Part shown: one piece after another, positions 59,914-64,000 of the stretch | Layout of the letters: each line of letters starts with the position of its first letter | Numbering within the stretch: position 1 is the first letter of the stretch | Assembly (NCBI GenBank): GCA_001179505.1 | Contig: CDMY01000450.1 | Coordinates: 1 to 64,000 of the forward strand | Direction: 5' to 3' | From: Vitrella brassicaformis CCMP3155 | Taxonomy: Eukaryota > Protista > Chromerida | DNA: 64,000 nucleotides | Position numbers and translations under genes: made by a program | The notes under the pieces: generated by a model | What the model saw: only the letters and a program-made list of their open reading frames with translations | Told to the model about the DNA's origin: nothing | Database searches by the model: none

Positions 59914-61563
59914 ATGCCTTTCTCCTCCCTTCCCGTTTGTGCTTTTGCCTTTGCGGCCACACCGAATGGTTCGCCATCCGTCCATCACAGGCCGACTCTT
60001 CCGCGGCTCGTGAAAGCAAGATGCACCCATGGCTCACGACGCAGCCATGCCGCCACTGAGGGACCGCAAAGCAACAGAGGAGCTGATCTGCGGCTCTTTC
60101 ATCCATCCTTGTTTCCCCCATTGCTCTTCCAAAGACCCCGACGGAGTCGGCTTCATGCAAGTGCACCGGCGGCTTCCCTGGTCCAGCCATCGGAGCCTGC
60201 CACTCTCAGCCATGCGCCGGCAATCAGCACACAAGATCCCGAAATGGCAGAGATCTTGGCAGCGGAGGAACGGAGGCAGGCCGGGTCGCTCGAGCTTATA
60301 GCAAGCGAGAACTTCGTTTCACCTGCTGTGCTGGAGGCTCTCGGGTCTGTGTTGACGAACAAGTACTCTGAGGGGCGCCCTGGTGCTCGCTTCTACGGCG
60401 GCAATCAGCACATCGACACACTGGAGAGGCTCTGCGAGAGGCGGGCGCTGGAGCTGTTTGGTCTGCTGCCGGCAGGGGAGGGCGAGGAACCGCAGTGGGG
60501 CGTCAACGTGCAGCCGTATTCGGGCAGCCCGGCCAACTTCGCTGTCTATACTGCCCTGCTGCGTCCGCATGATCGCATCATGGGTCTTGACCTACCCGAC
60601 GGCGGCCACCTCTCACACGGCTACGCCACCCCAAAGCGACGCGTGTCGGCCACGTCTATCTACTTCGAGAGCATGCCCTATCGCGTCGACCCACAAACTG
60701 GCCTCATTGACTATGACGACCTGGAGAGGCTGGCGCTGGTCTTCCGCCCCCGCTTGCTGATTGCCGGTGCGAGTGCGTATCCGCGAGACTGGGACTATGG
60801 TCGGATGCGACGAATTGCCGATTCGTGTGGGGCATACCTGATGGCCGACATGGCGCACATCAGTGGTCTGGTGGCTGCCGGCGAAGCCAAGAGCCCCTTC
60901 GAGCACTGCGATGTCGTCACGTCCACGACACACAAGTCTTTGAGGGGCCCTCGGTCGGGCATCATCTTCTACCGCTCTCACCTCAAGGACGCCATCGACA
61001 ATGCGGTCTTTCCGGCGCTGCAAGGCGGCCCGCACAACAACAACATCGGTGCTCTGGCTGTGGCACTCAAAGAGGCCAACAGTGAGGCATTCAGAAACTA
61101 CGCCAAGGCCGTCAAGGCAAATGCGAAAGCGCTGGCGTCTTCTCTGCTGGACTACGGCTACACCCTGTCTTCCAACGGCACCGATAACCACATCGTTCTG
61201 TGGGATCTGCGCCCTCTCAACCTTACTGGCAGCAAACTCGAGAAGCTCCTGGAGCGTATGCATGTGACGGCCAACCGGAACACCATCCCCGGTGACCGCA
61301 ATGCGGTCGCCCCCCGTGGCTTGCGGCTCGGCACGCCTGCATTGACAACACGAGGTCTAAGGGAGGATGACTTCCGGTGGATAGCCACGCTCCTTGACGA
61401 GGCGGTGCAGCTGGCGTGCGAGATTCAGGGCGAGAGGCAGGGCATGAAGCTGGTGGACTTCGTGGCGGCAATGGACCAAGAGCCCTACGCCAGCCAGCTG
61501 GAGGGGATGAGGCAGAGAGTGCTGGACAAGCTGAGCGGGTTCCCGATGATGCATAAGCAGTGA
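59914..61563 (+). CDS. SHMT: Serine hydroxymethyltransferase, eukaryotic type, intronless, ~110-aa N-terminal extension
   Basis: [100 protein letters not shown]. Confidence 0.97.
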   Translation: MPFSSLPVCAFAFAATPNGSPSVHHRPTLPRLVKARCTHGSRRSHAATEGPQSNRGADLRLFHPSLFPPLLFQRPRRSRLHASAPAASLVQPSEPATLSHAPAISTQDPEMAEILAAEERRQAGSLELIASENFVSPAVLEALGSVLTNKYSEGRPGARFYGGNQHIDTLERLCERRALELFGLLPAGEGEEPQWGVNVQPYSGSPANFAVYTALLRPHDRIMGLDLPDGGHLSHGYATPKRRVSATSIYFESMPYRVDPQTGLIDYDDLERLALVFRPRLLIAGASAYPRDWDYGRMRRIADSCGAYLMADMAHISGLVAAGEAKSPFEHCDVVTSTTHKSLRGPRSGIIFYRSHLKDAIDNAVFPALQGGPHNNNIGALAVALKEANSEAFRNYAKAVKANAKALASSLLDYGYTLSSNGTDNHIVLWDLRPLNLTGSKLEKLLERMHVTANRNTIPGDRNAVAPRGLRLGTPALTTRGLREDDFRWIATLLDEAVQLACEIQGERQGMKLVDFVAAMDQEPYASQLEGMRQRVLDKLSGFPMMHKQ

Positions 61564-61721
61564 GGATGGATGGGCAGGGTTGCACGGGTGCATCTTGCTC
61601 TGTGCACAGACAGACGTACACTGGATGGTCACTGTCTGCAAGGCAGACAGACTGTGTGCAATTGTGACGTCAAATGTGTTTGAGTTGAGTGAAGGTACAG
61701 TTGTGCATGCGAGTCAATCTG

Positions 61722-61760
61722 GCAGGGTTTGGGTGTAGGGTAAGAAACCCCTACCCTACA
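61722..61760. promoter_or_regulatory. Telomere-like motif GCAGGGTTTGGGTGTAGGGT plus adjacent ACCCTACA (8-bp hairpin stem), between SHMT and the HPR gene
   Basis: TGTAGGGT(61734-61741)..ACCCTACA(61753-61760) inverted repeat; ~30-65 bp upstream of ATG 61789. Confidence 0.55.
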
Positions 61761-61788
61761 TACGACTGTTTTCACTTTTCCCAAGTTC

Positions 61789-64000
61789 ATGGCCCTGCCG
61801 CCTGCGCAATGGAGCAGGCAAATGAGGCGAAGATCTGCAACGATCTGCGATGCTTCATCCGCTCTCACTCATCCCTTCGTCACGCAGCATCGTGGCCTCC
61901 ACACCTGCCGTCCGTCGTTGGCCCGCGTGACTGTCATCCCGATGGAAGTGGCGCCATCACAGCCGCAGAGGCTGCACCCTGTAAGAAATGACTGACACAT
62001 GAGTGAAGCAAAGATCCCGATTGCTTTGCCTGTTTTTTTCTTTTCACTCAGGATCTGCCTCCGATACGCGAGATCAACTCGCTCACTCGGCCGCAGGTCA
62101 TTGCCGCACTCAAAGGTGGGCAAGTCTTCGACAGACAAAAGCTCAGCAGTTTGTTGACTCATTCATGCGCGTGTGTGATCTCTTGTCAGCTGCGGACCAG
62201 ACTGGCGGCGTGGATGATGACTACTGGGAGTGTCTGCTCGACCGCACACGGCAACTCGCACCGCAGCTCCTGCCCGACGACCTCAGGAGAGTCTATCGCT
62301 CCCTCGCTTCGTAGCCGACGCACACGTGCACACGGCGACCTTCTGTGAATGAGTGGGTATCTGTCCGTGTCAGTGCGAAGCGTCACGACTTGGCCACTGG
62401 CACTGCCCTCAATCGGCGGCTCCGCGAGGTCGTCCATTCGTTGTCGCTGGACCAAATAGGTAGTGCACGGCTACACCACATCACATCACGGCATGCCGGA
62501 CAATGAGCTCGGACTTATTCGTTCCTGGTGTGTCCATCATGATTGTGCAGCCAGGATTCTGTTCTGCCTCCAGGAGATGCAGTGGCGGCCCACATGGAGC
62601 ATCCTAAAAATGATGGAAAAGGCAGAAAAGGTGAGCGCACCGATGCATGAAACCGCTCCTGTGTACGTACCGTCTGTCTGTCCTTATCGCTGTCCAGGAT
62701 CTCCACGAGGCGACTCCCAAGCAGCTTCGCGAGATTGTGGCAACGTTTGTCCGGCTGCACATCCCCATCAGCTCTGATTTCTACCAGGCGCTGCTCAAGA
62801 AGGTCGGTGACTACGTCCCGCGAGTCGTCAAACAGTTCGAACCAGCTGACTTTGCGGTGAGTGAGTGAGTGAGTGAGTGGGAATGGGCCTTCGTCTATGT
62901 CACGGCATTATATTGGAGGCTCCTGCAGGTGATCCTCAACGCGTACGCTCAGTTGGGGCTGAGGCACGAAAAGGTTAGCAAAAGGAGAAGAAGAAAAGCA
63001 GCGTCGACCAAGAAGGGCGGTTCTGTGTCCCTTCTTGATTGCAGCTGTTTGACGTGTGCGCCCACCACGCGTCCTATCAGCTGGACAAGTTCTCAGCGCT
63101 GGTGAGCCAGAAGGATATTTGCCTTCCATCCGTATCCAATGCACGTTCCTTGCACCGGGTCGGGTGTGGTGTGTGTCCTCAGCAATTGGCTCTGACGATC
63201 AACGCCTACGCGCGGATGCAGATACGCCGGCTGATGCTGCTCAGGTACGCCCGTCAGTCACGACACAGCCCTTGGCAAAATCTATCTATGCTGTACATTC
63301 ACCCGTGTCAATGTATTGTGTCATTCATTTAGGTCTGTTGCTGACCAGGTGGTGGCTCGTGCCGACGAGTTGAGCCCTCAGAACATGTCAAACATCGTCA
63401 ATGCATTCGCCAAACTGGAATACACCGACCCACACGTGTTCGATGAGATCGCGCCGAGGGTACGGTGCGAGCATCGCTGTGCACATGAGGAGTGCAATCA
63501 GCGTGCATCCATCGTGCGTGTTTGTCGCTATAGGTGTCAGTGAAGGTCCGTCACTTCAGCCCGCAGCAGCTGTCCAATGTGGCCAACGCCTTCGCGAAGG
63601 CGGGCATCAAGAATGATGTGGGCTGCAAGACGAAGAAGCGAGCGCCGCCATCAATCATGTCCGGCATGCATGTTGGTTGCGTGTGTTGTTGTAGGTGTTG
63701 TTTGATCGCATCGCCAAGATGTCCATACGCGTCATGGACAGATTCAAAGCACAGTAAGAAATGCACGCAGCTCACAGCGGTGTACGTAACATAACCTTTT
63801 CTGTTTGCCCATCCAGGGAGGTGGCCAATTTGGCAAATGCGTATGCCAAGCTGGAGTACGCAAACAAGCCCCTGTTCGCAGCCATTGCAGGTAGCACGCC
63901 ACGCCCCCATCCTGATCTGATCTTGTGCTTGCTGGACTAAGGCATCCGCTTTTGTGTTCTTCCTCTCTCTGCAGATGAGACGATATGGCGTGGCACTGTG
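61789..64000 (+). CDS. Heptatricopeptide-repeat (HPR; OPR/FASTK-like) RNA-binding protein, organelle-targeted, truncated by window end
   Basis: Arg/Ser-rich N-terminus; spliced repeats of exactly 37 aa: LSPQNMSNIVNAFAKLEYTDPHVFDEIAPRVSVKVRH / FSPQQLSNVANAFAKAGIKNDVLFDRIAKMSIRVMDR / FKAQEVANLANAYAKLEY.. Confidence 0.88.

Noticed and set aside
55616-61563. Metabolic gene cluster (transsulfuration lyase plus SHMT, both PLP enzymes)
   Set aside because: Only two genes, separated by an unrelated pseudogene, with no shared regulatory signature; chance adjacency is sufficient
1-64000. tRNA, rRNA, snRNA or spliced-leader genes
   Set aside because: GTTCGA-like hits (e.g. ~5068, ~11895) lack cloverleaf context; no conserved RNA signatures recognised by eye

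Overview
Eukaryotic, GC-rich, very intron-dense genomic DNA (short GT-AG introns full of (TCTG)n/(TG)n/(CA)n tracts). Gene content and style point to an alveolate, most likely the chromerid Vitrella brassicaformis or a relative (inference). About 20 genes are recognisable: cathepsin C/DPAP, dephospho-CoA kinase, a PX-domain protein, TRAP1, a synergin-gamma-like EH protein, a J-domain protein, DBR1, a tandemly duplicated DFD-motif CAMK-type kinase, a degenerate FAD monooxygenase, DCC1, CCDC86/Cgr1, a cystathionine gamma-lyase-family enzyme, an intronless SHMT and a 37-aa heptatricopeptide-repeat protein, plus several hypothetical genes. The main accessory system is three copies of an intronless ankyrin-like gene family with variable repeat cores, a near-invariant C-terminus, mosaic 5'/3' flanks and a microhomology-bounded deletion. 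Also notable: a telomere-like bipartite motif that brackets the intronless SHMT as an inverted repeat, three -1 homopolymer frameshifts, a GC-AG intron in DBR1, and many compact head-to-head gene pairs. No tRNA, rRNA or CRISPR array was found. All family assignments are from motif recognition by eye; no database searches were run.
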